A DNA stretch of 64,000 nucleotides. Source: the human T2T-CHM13v2.0 reference genome, Homo sapiens. The notes below the pieces were generated by a model. That model did not search any database. It was not told the origin of the DNA and saw nothing but the letters and a program-made list of their open reading frames with translations. Made by a program: the position numbers and the translations under genes. The stretch is taken from NCBI RefSeq assembly GCF_009914755.1, contig NC_060941.1; one strand, written 5' to 3'. Positions 1-14,370 of this stretch are shown here, in pieces (within the stretch, counting starts at the first letter, position 1; each line of letters opens with the position of its first letter).

Positions 1-1
1 T

Positions 2-160
<159 letters not shown>

Positions 161-393
161 TGAACTCCCTCAGGTAATCTGCCCGCTTCGGCCTCCCAAA
201 GTGCTAGGATTACAGGCATAAGCCACCATGCCCAGCCAAAAAAAGAAAAAAAGTTTTTAATTTTAAAAAATTATAAGCAGACCTACACACTGAAAATTGC
301 AAAACTGTCGAGAGAAAATTTTAGAGACCTAATAAATGAAAAGATATGTTTGTGCACCAGAGGGCTCGATATTGCTAACATAACAATTCTCTA

Positions 394-639
<246 letters not shown>

Positions 640-939
640 TCAAGTATGTGGGACTACAGTCTTGCGCCACCACACCCAGCCAATTTTTCAATTTTTCTGT
701 AGAGATGAGGGGGTTTTGCCATGTTGCCCAGACTAGTACAAAAAAAATTTTTTTAATTAGCTAGGAGTGGTGGCACGTGCCTGTGGTCTCAGCTACTTGG
801 GAGGCTGAGGTGGGGGAGTATCATCTGAATCTTGGGAGGTCAAGGCTGCAGTGAGCTGTGACCGCCACTGTACTGCAACCTGGGTAATAGAACAAGACCC
901 TGTCTCAAAAAAAAAAAAAAAAAAAAAAGAAAAGAAAAT

Positions 940-2200
940 AGGCAAAAGATTGTGAGACATTTCACTAAAGAAGATATACAAACTACAAATAAGCATATGA
1001 AAAAAGGTTTAACATCATTAGTTAAGGAAGTGCAAATTGAAACTACAATGGGGCACCACCACATAACTGTTAGAAGGGTTAAAATTAAAACTGATATTTT
1101 TGCATCAACCTAATACCAAGTGTTGATAAGGTTATGGAAAAACTAGAACCCTTATCAATAGCTTTGGGAATGCAAAATAGTACAGCCACTTTGAAAAATA
1201 TTTTAGCAGTTGCTTATAAGATCAAGCATACTTTTTTTCCCCCAAGGATACATTTATCAGGCTACCAGAAATCCCATTTCAGTATTTACTCAAAAGAAAT
1301 GAAAACATTACGTCCACACAAAGACATACTCATGGCGACTCACTCCCAGAACCCCAGCACTTTGGGAGACTGAAGTGGGAAGATCATTTGAGCCCAGGAG
1401 TTAGAGAACCAGCCTGGCAACATAGTGAGACTTCATCTCTACAAAAAAATTTTTCAACTAGCCAGGTATGGTGATGCACACCTGTAGTTCCAGCTACTCA
1501 GCAAGCTGAGGTGGGATTGCTTGAGCCTAGGAGTTTGATGGTACAGTAAGCTATGATCACACCACCGCACTCCAGCCTGGGTGACAGTATGAGACCCTGT
1601 CTCTAAAGAAAAAGAAAAAAATATTGCTAAAAAAAAAATTAAACAAAGACATTTGGGAGGGCAACACAGGAGGATCACTTGAGCTCAAGAATTCGAGACC
1701 AACCACAGCCATTTTATTCATAATATGCAAAACGTGGAAATGACCCGATGTCTATAAGTTGGTGGATAAAGAGTTTGTGATATTCTATACAATGAATACT
1801 ACTCAGCAATAAAAACTGTCCAACTGCTAATATACAACATGGATGAATCTCAAAGCATTATGCTAAGTGCAAGAAGCCAGACACAAAAGACTGTATAATG
1901 TATGATTCCATTTATATGAAATTCTAGGAAAAGTTAAACTAGAGATCAGTGGTTGCCAGGGACTTGGGGAAGAAGAGGTTGACCACAAAGAGGCACAAAG
2001 GAATGTAGGGGTCTCACTCTGTTGCTCAGCCTGGTCTGGAACTACTGGGCTCGAGTGATCTTCCCACCTCAGCCACCCGAGTAGCTAGGTCTACAGGTGC
2101 ACCACCATGCCTGGCCACAAAGGAGCTTTTTGTAAAGTAACAGAAATGTTCTATATCCTGGCTGTGGTGGTGGTTACATGACTGTATACATTTGTCAAAA
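940..2200 (+). mobile_element. Old L1M 3'-end fragments interrupted by Alus
   Basis: L1 3' motifs such as ATGGATGAATCTCAAAGCATTATGCTAAGTGCAAGAAGCCAGACACAAAAG and ATGATTCCATTTATATGAAATTCTAG. Confidence 0.7.
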
Positions 2201-3233
2201 CTCGTCAGTTCACTGGGCATGCCACACCCCTGTAGTCCAAGCTACTCAGGAGGCTGAAGTGGGAGGATTGCTTGAAGCCAGGAGTTCTAGGCTGTGCTGC
2301 ATTATGATTGCCTCTGTGAATAGTCGCTGCCCTCCAGCTGGGCAACACAGCAAGACTTCGGCTTTGCTTAACAAATAGCTTACTTACTTTTATTTTATAT
2401 AATTGTATCTCAATAAAATTCATATTTTTTAAAAGTGATGAATCCACACTATTGTATCTCATAAGAATAAACTGTAAAACAAACACTCTTAGGTTTTAAA
2501 TTCAACCATTTCCTAGACAATACACAAAATTAACACCAATTAAGATTTGGAGGACTAGGCACAGTGGCTCACACCTATAATCCCAGCACTCTGGGAGGCC
2601 AAGGCAAGAGGACTGTTTGAGCCCAGGAGTTCAAGACCAACCTCGGCAACACAGTGAGACCCTGTCTCCACAAAAAATTTCAAGAAAATATTAGCCAGGC
2701 ATGGTAGGACACGCCTGTGGTCCCAGCTACTTAGGAGGCTGAGGAGGGAGGATTATCTAAGCCCGGGAGTACAAGGCTGCAGTGAGGTGTAACTGGGCCA
2801 CTGCACTCCAGCCTGGGCAACAGAGAAAGACTCTGTCTCTGGAGAAAAAAAAATGACTTGGGGCAAGTAACTGCAGGAAAAATATACAGCAGAAATTGTT
2901 TCCATCACTACCAATTCATCATAAAACTCAAATAAAACCTAAAGTTTGACAGAACCTATCCAAATATGTAACAGAAAGCAACAAATTATAAAGTATTACT
3001 CATTTAGACAAACCATAACAACTTAGATATAAAAAATATTCTCCAGACGTGTTTCATAATGCAGTAAAATATTGTTTTTAATTAGTTAAAAGGTTTTTTT
3101 TTTTCAAATTATGACTTTCTAAAAGATATACTGTTAGTAACAACATTATAGTTCTCAGCAACAAAGGTTGTGGTAAATTATTTACTGATACCGAAGAAAG
3201 ATGTAAGGTAAGAATCAAAATTCTGGCGTGCAT

Positions 3234-3319
3234 CCTGCTTTCAGATGCTTTGACAATACTATTGCACTGCTAGCTGTAAAGTACAGTAGTGCAATAAAGT
3301 CAGAGCATTCGTTAGCAGT
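3234..3319 (-). ncRNA. MIR301A: pre-miR-301a hairpin in SKA2 intron 1 (3p arm 3247-3269, 5p arm 3285-3306)
   Basis: The reverse complement reads GCTCTGACTTTATTGCACTACT-loop-CAGTGCAATAGTATTGTCAAAGC, the recognisable miR-301a-5p/-3p sequences (miR-130/301/454 seed AGUGCAA). The arms are complementary. Confidence 0.97.
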
Positions 3320-5879
3320 AATAAGTAGGAAAGGAACACAAAAGCATCTTGCATCGGTTGAAGCTTCAGTGAGAAACGAATTTAAAGTAGGGTTGCCATT
3401 TTGGACAGAAAAACATCCAAAACCAAAAAACATTTATATCAATGTTTTTTTAAAAAAGGATAAGACTTAAATATCAAAGTGATGTTGCTTATTGATGACT
3501 AATATACAAATTAACATTCGAACAGAAACATGCATAGATGTAGAAAGGAATTTTGTAAATATGCCCTAAGCCTTAATAGTAATTAGAATGGGTATTGTTA
3601 ATACTTTAGGATTGGTATTAACAAAACCAGTTATAATTACTACTAAGGCAAAGTTGTGAAAAATATTTTTGTTCTCTGCAGAGATGTTGGTTAGCTCCTT
3701 CTTCAAGGCAATTTACTGATTAAACGCCATGTAAAACAAGCCCTTTGAATAAAAGTATCAAAGAAAACAAATGAAAAGTAAAATAATAAGTTTCTCAATC
3801 TCTACATACTCAATCTATCACTCTGGAATCTAAACCACTAAACAAAGAAAACACAAAAGCACTTACCATCTTACAGCTTTTTATCTTGAGTTTACTAAGG
3901 GCTGTCATAACAACAGAAGGGAATCAATGTGCTCTAAACAGAACATTAACCCTATCTAACTGAATACTATCCAAGGGGATTTTAAAATTTCAGTTAACTC
4001 CTGAAATCTTAAATAGAGGCAGAAAGCATCTCCATTTCCTTCAAACTTAGAAATGTCAAAGAGAAAATAATGATGGGGGGAGGTGGGACTGAGATTTAAG
4101 TAACAAGTTTCCTTAGTTCCAAGCTAATTGACATTTTAACTTTTTTAACGGATAAGAACCCAATCAGAAGTCAGATGTAAACCCAGAAACAGAAATAGTA
4201 TCATAGTATCACACTGCATTACCTTTTGTGTACAGTCACTAGTAGTACCACGAAAGAACAAAGCTAAACAAATACCACCCCATCATTAAGTGAAGGGGAA
4301 AAAGTCAGAGAACAAAGATTGCCCTACAATAAGCTTATTCCCCCATTAGTAATGTTGATTGATGCAAAAATATATTTTCATTATTTTCACCAACCTCCCT
4401 TTAAACGGTCCAATTCAACTACTTAGTCGGATTGAGCCTACTAAGGAAATGGGCTCATACAAAGGACAGCTGAAATATAAGTGTCTTGGTGTCAAATCCT
4501 GGGCCACATAACTAAAATATTAGAATATTTAACGCTGGTAGCCAAGTTTCAGGTTTTAAAGACAACTGTTTAAAAGATAAGTGTTTAACTTTCTGAATTG
4601 GAAGTTATTACAAACAAGAAAAATATTTAAAAAATTTAAGGTATTAACAAAATTAGGATAAACACTTTCTTTTCAAATTAAATATTATGCATTTCCTTTT
4701 ACCTTGACAAATCCTTTATTTAACTGATGTAAAACCAAAAATCAGAAGATAGCACAGGAATCATTTACTCTTAAAATCTTATAAAATAAACTGGTCCACA
4801 AGTATAACATTTTTTTCTAGAAGCACATGGTAAATCTGAAGATGAGATGCACTGTCTTTTATTATCTAGTCAACACAAAGCAGTAATAATTAGAGCCATG
4901 ATAAAAATTCATTTCTAAACCCTAATAATTATGGAAACAAACTAATAACCTGAAAGGAAAAAAAAAAAAGCTACCACTAATTTACTTGCAAGGATGTAAG
5001 AAAGGAAAAAAACCTCATTTCTTTTTTTCCTGTCTTCAAAAAGAATTTAAATACTACCCCATCATTCAAACAATACCTAAAAGTTTAAATGTCTGGCTAC
5101 CTTATAATTTTCTAAAACCTACTTTTTCAAAATGTTTACTTCATCATTGTTCACTTAAAAGAGAATTTGTTCAATCTAAAGAAGTCCTGTGAGAATACTG
5201 ACTCTACTGTAAAAGCCAGACGAAGTTTAAAAATTAGAAACAGCCAATTTGAGAAGCAAACAACCTGTTAAAAGCAGAATTAGCATCATTTAGCAGAAAT
5301 GAATTATGAATTTAAGCAGAAATATCTATATCAGTAGGGAGGAATTCAGAATGGGAGAAGGGCAAGATAGTCTTAACATTTAAGCCTGTTGACAGAATCA
5401 AATTACAATGCTTAACATTTTGTTTTTTTTAAATGATAATAAAACTTAAAACTAAAAGTTCATTATTACAGGTTTGAAAATCTGCAGGAAATTCTTCCTT
5501 CTTCCCTCCCATTTCTCCCTACACTTCTCCAACCCCACACACACTGCACAAAGAAAATTTAAACACAAAATGCTAAAAGTAATTGAAAGCCTTCAAATTA
5601 AATTTGTATATGAGAGGCACTCCAATTCATTAGCACAACAGAAGAAAATAAGATATATCAAGGCCTCACTTTTTCTGGGGTGGGAATGGGGGGTGGGTGA
5701 GGTTTCTTCCAGGATCACCACCCATCCTTTCCAAGGAAGAAGTTAGAGACCCAAGATTCAGCTTGAAGAAAGCAGGGCAGGCACAAAGGATACCTAAGCA
5801 GTAATGCCAGGGAATGGCGTGGGAAGGAGGGACGGATTACAAACGAAGAAAGAAGTCTTTTACTTTTTTAAAACTTAAT

Positions 5880-6167
5880 CTTTTTTTTTTTTGAGACGTT
5901 GTCTCTGTCGCAAGGCCGGAGTACAGTGACGCGATCTCGGCTCACTGCAACCTCCGTCTCCCAGGTTGAAGCGATCCTCCTGCCTCAGCCTCCCGAGTAG
6001 CTGGGACTACAGGCGCGTGCCATCACACCCGGCTAATTTTTTTATTTTTAGTATAGACGGAGTTTCACCATGTTGGCCAGGGTAGTCTCAATGTCTTGAC
6101 CTCTTGATCCGCCCGCCTCGGCCTCCCAAAGTGCCGGGATTACAGGCGTGAGCCACCGCGCCCGGCC
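5880..6167 (-). mobile_element. CpG-rich full-length Alu next to the CpG island (representative of the many Alus in the window)
   Basis: Poly-T, both monomers and a GCGCCCGGCC end. Confidence 0.9.
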
Positions 6168-7053
6168 AATCGTATTTAACAGACAAGCAAACAAACAAAA
6201 AAAGACAGGAGCTCAGTGGCAGGCGCTTCCTCCAAAGTCCAGGTTTTTAAGGAAAGCAGCCCAACCTGGGAAAAAAAAAAAAAAAGAAAAGAAAAGAAAA
6301 AAAAGATAATGCTGAACGAAAAGGGCTGAAGACAGAACAAGGACACTAAGAGGAAAAAAGCGCGGGCGATCAAGCTGGTAATCTAAGGATGGGAGGGAGG
6401 GAATAAAGAGAACAAGTGAGGGACGGATCCTTAAAGAAAACTAGGACAGCCCCCCAGCTGGGCGCCCCCCGAGCAGGCCAAACACGCCAGCAACAACGGG
6501 AGTGCTTTCCAATTCTTCGCCCCCGTTTTCTACTTTCACAGATGAATGAAAGTGCACAACTCCAGAGCAGGATGCCTTTCCTGTCTCAATCCCGCCCGCG
6601 CTCCGGGAGCGGAGCTCGTGGTTACGATCCCCTTCGCTCACACCTCTTCCCTCACCCACGGTTTGCCACCTCCGGATCAAACAGAAACGGGTTCCTTGGC
6701 CGTTAGGAAGTTGTGCATACAAGTCTAGCATCCTTTCTCAGACTTTCTCGGCCCGCCTTTTAGAACGTGAGCGGGTTGGCCCTACAGGGATTTCTCCTCG
6801 CCCCCGTCAGTTTATTCCCCACCCCACCCTCCGTTCCCCTTTCTTGGAGTGTGAACCACCTCTCCCTTCTTGGGACGCTTAGGGACCGTTCCATTCACAT
6901 CTTTTTTGGTACAAACACAGAATGCGGTCTGCACCCGGCGCAGTTTCGTAAGGGGTGTAAAGGTGAGGGCAAGGAACAAGGAATTCCAAAGGCCCCGCAC
7001 CCTCAGCATCTCCCGCCATTTCCCTGACGAGTTTCCCGGATGTAACCCCTTAC

Positions 7054-7181
7054 CCGAGGCGGTTTAGACACCAGACGGTGGCGGCTCCCTTTGGTGCAGG
7101 AGGAGGGAACTCGACTCTGGTCCAGCCTCCGCCGCCCGGAGTTTCCGGCGACTCCAAATTGTGCCCCACCTCCGAGGCCAT
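7054..7181 (-). CDS. SKA2: SKA2 alternative first coding exon (MASEVGHNLESPETPGGGGWTRVEFPPPAPKGAATVWCLNRL, phase 2)
   Basis: ATG at 7181-7179, 42 open codons plus 2 nt, then the donor GTAAG (7053-7049). It matches my recollection of the short SKA2 isoform N-terminus. Confidence 0.8.
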
Positions 7182-7228
7182 GGGGGAAAAATAAACTACC
7201 CAGTAGATCTCCTTCACTTTGCACTCAC

Positions 7229-7261
7229 CATCAGTTCCAGCTTATCGACCTCCGCCTCCAT
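7229..7261 (-). CDS. SKA2: SKA2 (spindle and kinetochore associated complex subunit 2), canonical first coding exon MEAEVDKLELM; the rest of the gene lies left of the window
   Basis: Minus strand reads CAACATGG (good Kozak context), ATGGAGGCGGAGGTCGATAAGCTGGAACTGATG, then the donor GTGAGT (phase 0). The peptide matches the SKA2 N-terminus. Confidence 0.95.
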
Positions 7262-7299
7262 GTTGAATAGTTGACATTCCGCAGACCGCGGCGGCGCTT

Positions 7300-7850
7300 A
7301 AGCCGCAAGCCGTACTAGCACGGAGGGCCTCCATTGGACAGCTGTCACTCAACATCTCGCACTCATTGGCTCCTCCGTTCCACCGGCTCCCGCCCATTGG
7401 AGACTGGGTAACGCCCCTCTGCATGAGACACATTTTCCTGTTGGGCAAAGGCACAAAACGCCGCAGGAGGATTGGCTGCTGTGCAAATTTTTTTTTCCAT
7501 TGGCTGCCCCCTCCTCTCTACTTTCAATTTTGTAGTTAGGGCTCTGCAGAGAAGAGCTTGAGATTGGTGCAATTGGAAGAAGAGCCAACCAATCACACCA
7601 GAGCTTCCACCGACAGCAGAGGGGACGTAACACACCTTCTTTCCCCTCCGGCTTTCCTTCCCCTTCTCTCCCGCCTTCTCCTTATTCATACCAGAAGCGC
7701 CTCAGCTCTGATTGGCTGGAGCTCTGTGCTATCTCAGCCAATCACAAGCCGGGCTGTGCTCCTACACCATCCGAAGAGCGAATCGTGCAGAGACCGTGTC
7801 TACGATTGGCCTCTCCCTGACAAGGATTTAATTTTGAATTTTTCTTTATG
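7300..7850. promoter_or_regulatory. SKA2/PRR11 head-to-head bidirectional promoter with multiple NF-Y CCAAT boxes and a CHR element
   Basis: ATTGG at 7333, 7365, 7396, 7471, 7499, 7563, 7572, 7711 and 7805; CCAAT at 7589 and 7738; CHR-type TTTGAA at 7833-7838. It lies between divergent first exons. Confidence 0.88.
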
Positions 7851-7903
7851 GCGTGGGAGAGGCCACAGCCCGGACTCCATCGACTCCCCCGGCTCTTAGA
7901 CTA
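7840..7903 (+). other. PRR11: PRR11 non-coding exon 1 (start approximate)
   Basis: Consensus donor GTAAGT at 7904 at the right edge of the promoter. Confidence 0.75.
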
Positions 7904-10900
7904 GTAAGTGCAGGAACGATTATTTCTTTGTTATCTGAGCTCGCGTCTTGAGTAGCTGGGCCTGTTGCTGCTTGTGTTTTTATGGTTTAGGGAGGTGGGG
8001 ACTTTGGCTGGACACGAAGGGGAAATGGAAAGGAGGAAGGGGAGGTTTGGGGCTGGGGAAGAAGTGCTCGGCCTGGCTTCATCTTAACCATACTTCTATT
8101 TAATTAACACTTCGCAAGATACGTTTTGGAGCAAAGCATCTGCCTTCCTTTTGAACATTTCTTTACATATTTGCTGCTCAATGCAAGTCCACAGATCAGC
8201 GGCATCCGCATCTCTTGTTTGCTTGTTACAAATGCAAATTATCGGACTCCACCCAAATTTACTAAATCAGAATATACATTTTAACAAGATTTCCCTGAGT
8301 GATTTCTATGCACATTAAAGTTTAAGTTGGTACATTTCTTGACTGGGAATATTACTATGTTACTCGATATTGTCTGGCATGCTGTTAGAGTGTCAATTTT
8401 AAATGCGTGTCCTGTTTACTGAGTGCCTAATACTGTGCGGGATGAGACTTTAGGGAGCTGCAGTCTCTTTGGAAAAACAAGACAGAACAAAAACAGCAAT
8501 GCTTAAAAAAAAAAAAGCATAAAACATAAAATTTAAAAAAAGCAAGTACCCAGAAATAGTGCTATGGGTGTTCAAGAAGAATCAATTGGACTGCTAATGG
8601 AAATTAAGTAATTGAAGGCTATTTGTGGAGGAGCGCAAGAGACTTCCATAAAAATGTGTTTTAGGAAGATGGCAATGAAATGCAACAGTCATTTCCGTTG
8701 CTGCTACAGCTTTGAAAGTACCCCAGAACAAAGAACTTTTCTTCTCTTTCTTTCTTTTTTTTTTTTTTCTTTTTTTGTGACGGAGTCTCGCTCTGTCGCC
8801 TAGGCTGGAGTACAGTGGCACAATCTCGGCCCACTACAACCTCAGCCTCCTGAGTAGCTGGGAGTACAGGCGCACGCCAGCACGCCCGGCTAATTTTTGT
8901 ATTTTTAGTAGAGACGGGGTTTCACCCTCTTGGCCAGGATGGTCTCGATTTCCTGACCTCGTGATCCACCAGCCTCAGCCTCCCAAAGTGCTGGGATTAC
9001 AGGCGTGAGCCACCACGCTCGGCCGCAAAGAACTTTTCATATCATTGGGTGGAGTTTTCACAGAAGCAGCAGCGCCAACTCCTGCAAAAGACTGTAATTC
9101 TTACTGTATTATTTATTGCATCTTCCTATTGGAAAATAGCTTTAGACCCATCTTTTAGCCATATGAAGATGTGGTATGATATGAAGAAGTAAAAACCTCC
9201 CTAACCAAGAGAATTTGACAATATTAGAATATATTCCTTAACTAAAATAACACTTGCTAGCTAACACTTAGCAGGAATGCTTCTTTTCATTCTTTATTGA
9301 ATGAAACATTATTTAGCTCCTGCTGTATTCTAGATGCTGGGAAAACAAAGATGAATGAAATTTGTCACACCCTTGAAAAGCTCACAGTCCAGCAGGATGA
9401 CAAACATACAAGCAAAAATTACAATGAAATGTAATACATTTTATAATAAAGATGTGTATAAAGTGCTATAGAAGTGCAAAAGAGATGACATTTCAGCCAG
9501 TATAAATTCTGTAAGGAGGCTGGGCATGGTGCCTCACACCTGTAATCCCAGCACTCTGGGAGGATGAAGCGGGCGGATCACTTGAGGTAAGGAGTTCAAG
9601 ACCAGCCTGGCCAACATGGCAAAATCCCATCTCTACTAAAAATACAAAAATTATCCGGGTGTGGTGGCACGCCCCTATAATCCCAGGTGCTCAAGAGGCT
9701 GAAGCAGGATAATCGCTTGAACCCAGGAGGTGGAGGTGGCATTGAGCTGAGATCACACCACTGCACTCCAGCCCGGGTGACAGAGCGAGACTCTGTCCAC
9801 CCCCCCAAAAAAAAAAAAATTCTAGAAGGACAAAGACTATGTTGGTGTTGTTCAGGATTGTATGCCAGCACCTAGCATAGTACTTGGTGGATTATAAGCA
9901 CTCAACTAATATCTATAAGATAAAATAACAGAATCTTGAAGGCTAGGTATAAGTTGACTTGGAAGAGGATACTCTAAACAGAAGGAAAGGCTGATAGAAA
10001 GAAACAGAAAGTATTTGGTGTTTAGTATACCTGGAAGTACAAACCGCTAGTCACTAGAAGAGACTATGGCAAAGGGCCATTAGAGCTAAGTTGTGAAAAG
10101 TTTTGAAAGGCATGCTAAGGAATTTAATTTTGTGAGTAAAGGAACCTTCAAATACTTTTAAGCAAGGGAATATCTAGATCTCATTTTGTTTTAAAGTATC
10201 AGTTCTGGTATGGAAAATGAACTGGCAAGGAGAAAGACTGAAGGCAGGAGAATCATTGAAGGAACACTCAGCAAACCCAAACTAAGAAACATTCTCCAAA
10301 ACGACTGACTTGGACTCTTCAAAATTATAAATATGAAGAAGCAAATACATAAATAAAAAAGCTGGAGAATTGTTATGAATTAAAGGGTACTAAAGAGACA
10401 CTACTGCTAAATGCATGTGGAACCAGGGTGGGAGAAGCTATAAGGGATATTGAGACAATTGGGGCAATCCGAATATGGGCTGTTTATTAGATCATTTCAT
10501 AACAAGGTTAAATTTCCTGACTGATTGTGGTTTTGTTGGAAAATTTCCATGTTTATGTTAGAAAACAAAAGCTAAAGTATCTAAGAGTAAAGTATCATGA
10601 TGTCTGCAACTAAATCTATTCAATCCAAAACTAAAAAAATTTATGTATGTATATATTTGTACATACGTACAGAAAGAGTGTGTGTACAAAGACGGCAATT
10701 GACAATTGGTAAATCTAGGTGAACTGTATATGAGTGCTTATTATACTATTGTAAATTTTTTATTTCCTGGAGCCTTGAAATTTTTCTAAGTAAAAACAGT
10801 AAAGGAAAATAGACAATAGTGAAAGACAAAAATGAAAAAAGTGAAGGCAACTGAAGTTAGAGGACAGAACGGAGGGGGATGGTAAGGAGAAGAGACAGGG

Positions 10901-13206
10901 TAAATTAATCAGAGAAATATTTCTGATTCATACTCACATTGGCCCACACCCAGGTGTGGTGTGCACCCAGTGCAGTGGCGTGATCTTGGCTCACTGCAAC
11001 CTCCACCTCCTAGATTCAAGTGATTCTAATGCCTCAGCCTCCCGCGTAGCTGGGATTACAGCACACTCCACCACACCTGGCTAATTTTTCTATTTTCAGT
11101 AGAGACAGGGTTTCACCCTGTTGGTCAGGCTGGTCTCGAACTCCTGACCTCAGGTGATCCACCCACCTCAGTCTCCCAAAGTGCTGGGATTACAGGTGTG
11201 AGCCACCGCACCCAGCCTCCCACACCCTCTTTTTTTATAACCCTCTACTCCAATAGGAGCTCCATTGTCTCTGCATTCTTTTCACCTTCCTGGCCATGCC
11301 TTTTCTAGTTCTTTCTCTACCCACTCCTTATACATGGTGTTTCTCAAAGTTTGGTAATCAGCTCATAGATCTTTTCACTCCACATATTTCTCTGGGTAAT
11401 TTCACTCATTTCTAGTGTTGTTATTTTCTCAAGCTACCTATACACTTATGAGTGCAGTATTTCTCTAGTGTCTTTCCCCTGAACTTCTGACTTTGAACAT
11501 AGAACATAAGCAGTTAGATGTATTTAGATACCCTACTGTCGCTCCTATAATCAGGTCCTCATCCCCTAGACAGTTGCAGTAGGTTTGTAAGTGGTCTCTT
11601 TGTCTTCAGTCATGGTCCCATAAATCCAATTTCCACGATGCTGCCAAACCATTCTTTCTAAAGAAGAAATACGAGCATGACAATTATCTGCTTAAAATCC
11701 ATTATTGTTTCTGATGTCTTGGTCCTTATCCACCCTCCAGCTTCATCACTCATTGCCCCCTGACAAAACTTTACGTTGCAGGATATGCTTTAGTCACACT
11801 GAGTCTTGTCTGAATCCCCTGACATACCTTTCTCTGAAATGTTTCCATGTTATTCCCTCTGATGGGATGAGTCCTCCCTAGGCCCACCTTAACCTAGCCC
11901 CTTCATCAAAGCTCAGCTTAGGCAAAACCTTTTCCAAAAACCTCAACCCTTATGGGAGAATTATGTACCCTTGCTTTATTTCTCCATTAATATCATATAC
12001 ATATCCCATCATAACCCATACACTATTGTATACCTGTTTACTTTCTGCTTACCCATCTCTCCCCACTGTAAACTCTTGGAGGGCAGGAATGTGTCTTATT
12101 CATTTTCATAGCAAGTTATCACTATATGTTGTTGAATTAAACTTGTATTTTAAAAAATCTGATATAGTAATCTCAAGCAGCAAAAAAAAAAGAATCAAAG
12201 AATAATAATGATAATAATGATAAAACTTATTGCCTGCCAGGCACTGTAAATACTTTACATGATTTACTCATGTACTCCTCAAAACTCTGAAGTAAGTTCC
12301 TATTAATATTATTATTTCACAGGGGAGGAAACTGACACAGAAAGGCTAAGAATCTCTTGAAGGTCATAAATAAGTTATGACAGTATAGTAGAGCCATGAT
12401 TTGAACCTATGCAGTATAACTCCCTGGTCCTCATCCTTAACCCCTACAGTATACTTCCTCTTGTTGTTTGTTTGTTTGGTTGGTTGGTTTCGGTTTTGGT
12501 TTGGGGGTTTTTTCTTAGACTGAACCTCATTCCAATTTTTATATTTTTAGTAGAAATGGGGTTTCACTGTGTTTGCCAGTCTGGTCTCGAACTTGACCTC
12601 AAGTGATCCATCCACCCACCTTGGCCTCCCAAAGTGCTGGAATTACAGGCGTGAGCCACCATGCACGGCCTATAATATGACCTTTATTATTGTTTGATTT
12701 GTTATCAAGAGCTCCAGATGTACCAGTTTGCTGGTTCCTTAGCCTAGAAATCTTTTCTTAATGAAAAGAAGATGTAAGTAAAAATGAGAGTAATTTCTAG
12801 AGATCATAGAGTTATTTAGGATATTTATGTTGTTTTTTTCTTTTTTTTGGAAACAGTTTCTCGCTCTGTGTTCCAGGCTGGAGTACAGTGGCGCAGTCAT
12901 GGGTCACTGCAGCCTCAAGCTCCTGTGCTCACGTGAGCCTCCCGCCTCACCCTTCAGAGTGGCTAGGACTATAGGTGAGCCACCACGCCAGGATTTTTTT
13001 TTTTTCTTTTTTTCATACAGTTGGGACTCTCACTGTGTTGCCCAGAGTGGTCTCAAACTCCTGGGCTAAAGGCATCCTCCCACCTCCACCTCAGCCTCCC
13101 AAAGTGCTGGGGATTACAGCACTTTGAACCACCGCCCTTTGCCTATATGTTTATGTTTCTAATGATTTTTCAGATTATTTGAGAAAGCAGTGTAAGAAAA
13201 AAACTA

Positions 13207-13678
<472 letters not shown>

Positions 13679-14310
13679 TCAACTAAAAATAAAAAAACCA
13701 GCTGGGCATGGTGGTACGCCCTTGTAGTTCCAACTACTCAGGAGGCTGAGGCAGGAGGATTGCTTGAGTCCAGGAGGTCAAAGCTGCAGAGAGCTGAGAT
13801 CACACCACTGCAATCCAGCGTGGGCAACAGAGCAAGAACCTGTCTCAAAACAAAAGGAAAAATGCTTTAAGGAATCACAAAAGAATGAGCTTCTATTCAG
13901 TGTTAACAATTAAAATCCCACCTAATCCAGCAAAAAGAATTTGTAGGTCTCATTATGCTTTTGGAAAGGGGATAAGTATACGTATTTTAAGCTAAAGGAA
14001 GACTGCTATATACTCTTTCAATTTGGGCAATTATCCTCTGGAAAGTACCTAATGCTTTTAATTAAGTAATGATACTAAAACAAACCTTAATTTTTTGTGT
14101 TCTTGTTTTGACTGAGGTAGAAATTTGCTATTCTCCACTTTCGCAAGAGCTGTGATTATTTTTGGATGGAACAACTAACTATCTAGGAATTATCTCAGAC
14201 TGCATCTTTCTACCCTGACAGATTTTGCATGGTTCCTTAATCCTCTGCATGTGCCAATTACTGTATTTAATTAGAAGGAGATTAGATAGAAGCACTAATA
14301 ACCCAAGTCA

Positions 14311-14370
<60 letters not shown>
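14311..14370. repeat. Compound (CA)n(GA)n microsatellite
   Basis: Directly visible. Confidence 0.95.

Larger units (their letters stand above)
6350..8000. promoter_or_regulatory. CpG island spanning the SKA2 and PRR11 5' ends (boundaries approximate)
   Basis: Visibly GC- and CpG-rich, non-repetitive sequence against AT-rich flanks. Confidence 0.8.

Noticed and set aside
2212-2360. Possible 7SL RNA gene
   Set aside because: It lacks the 7SL S-domain and fits a fossil Alu monomer.
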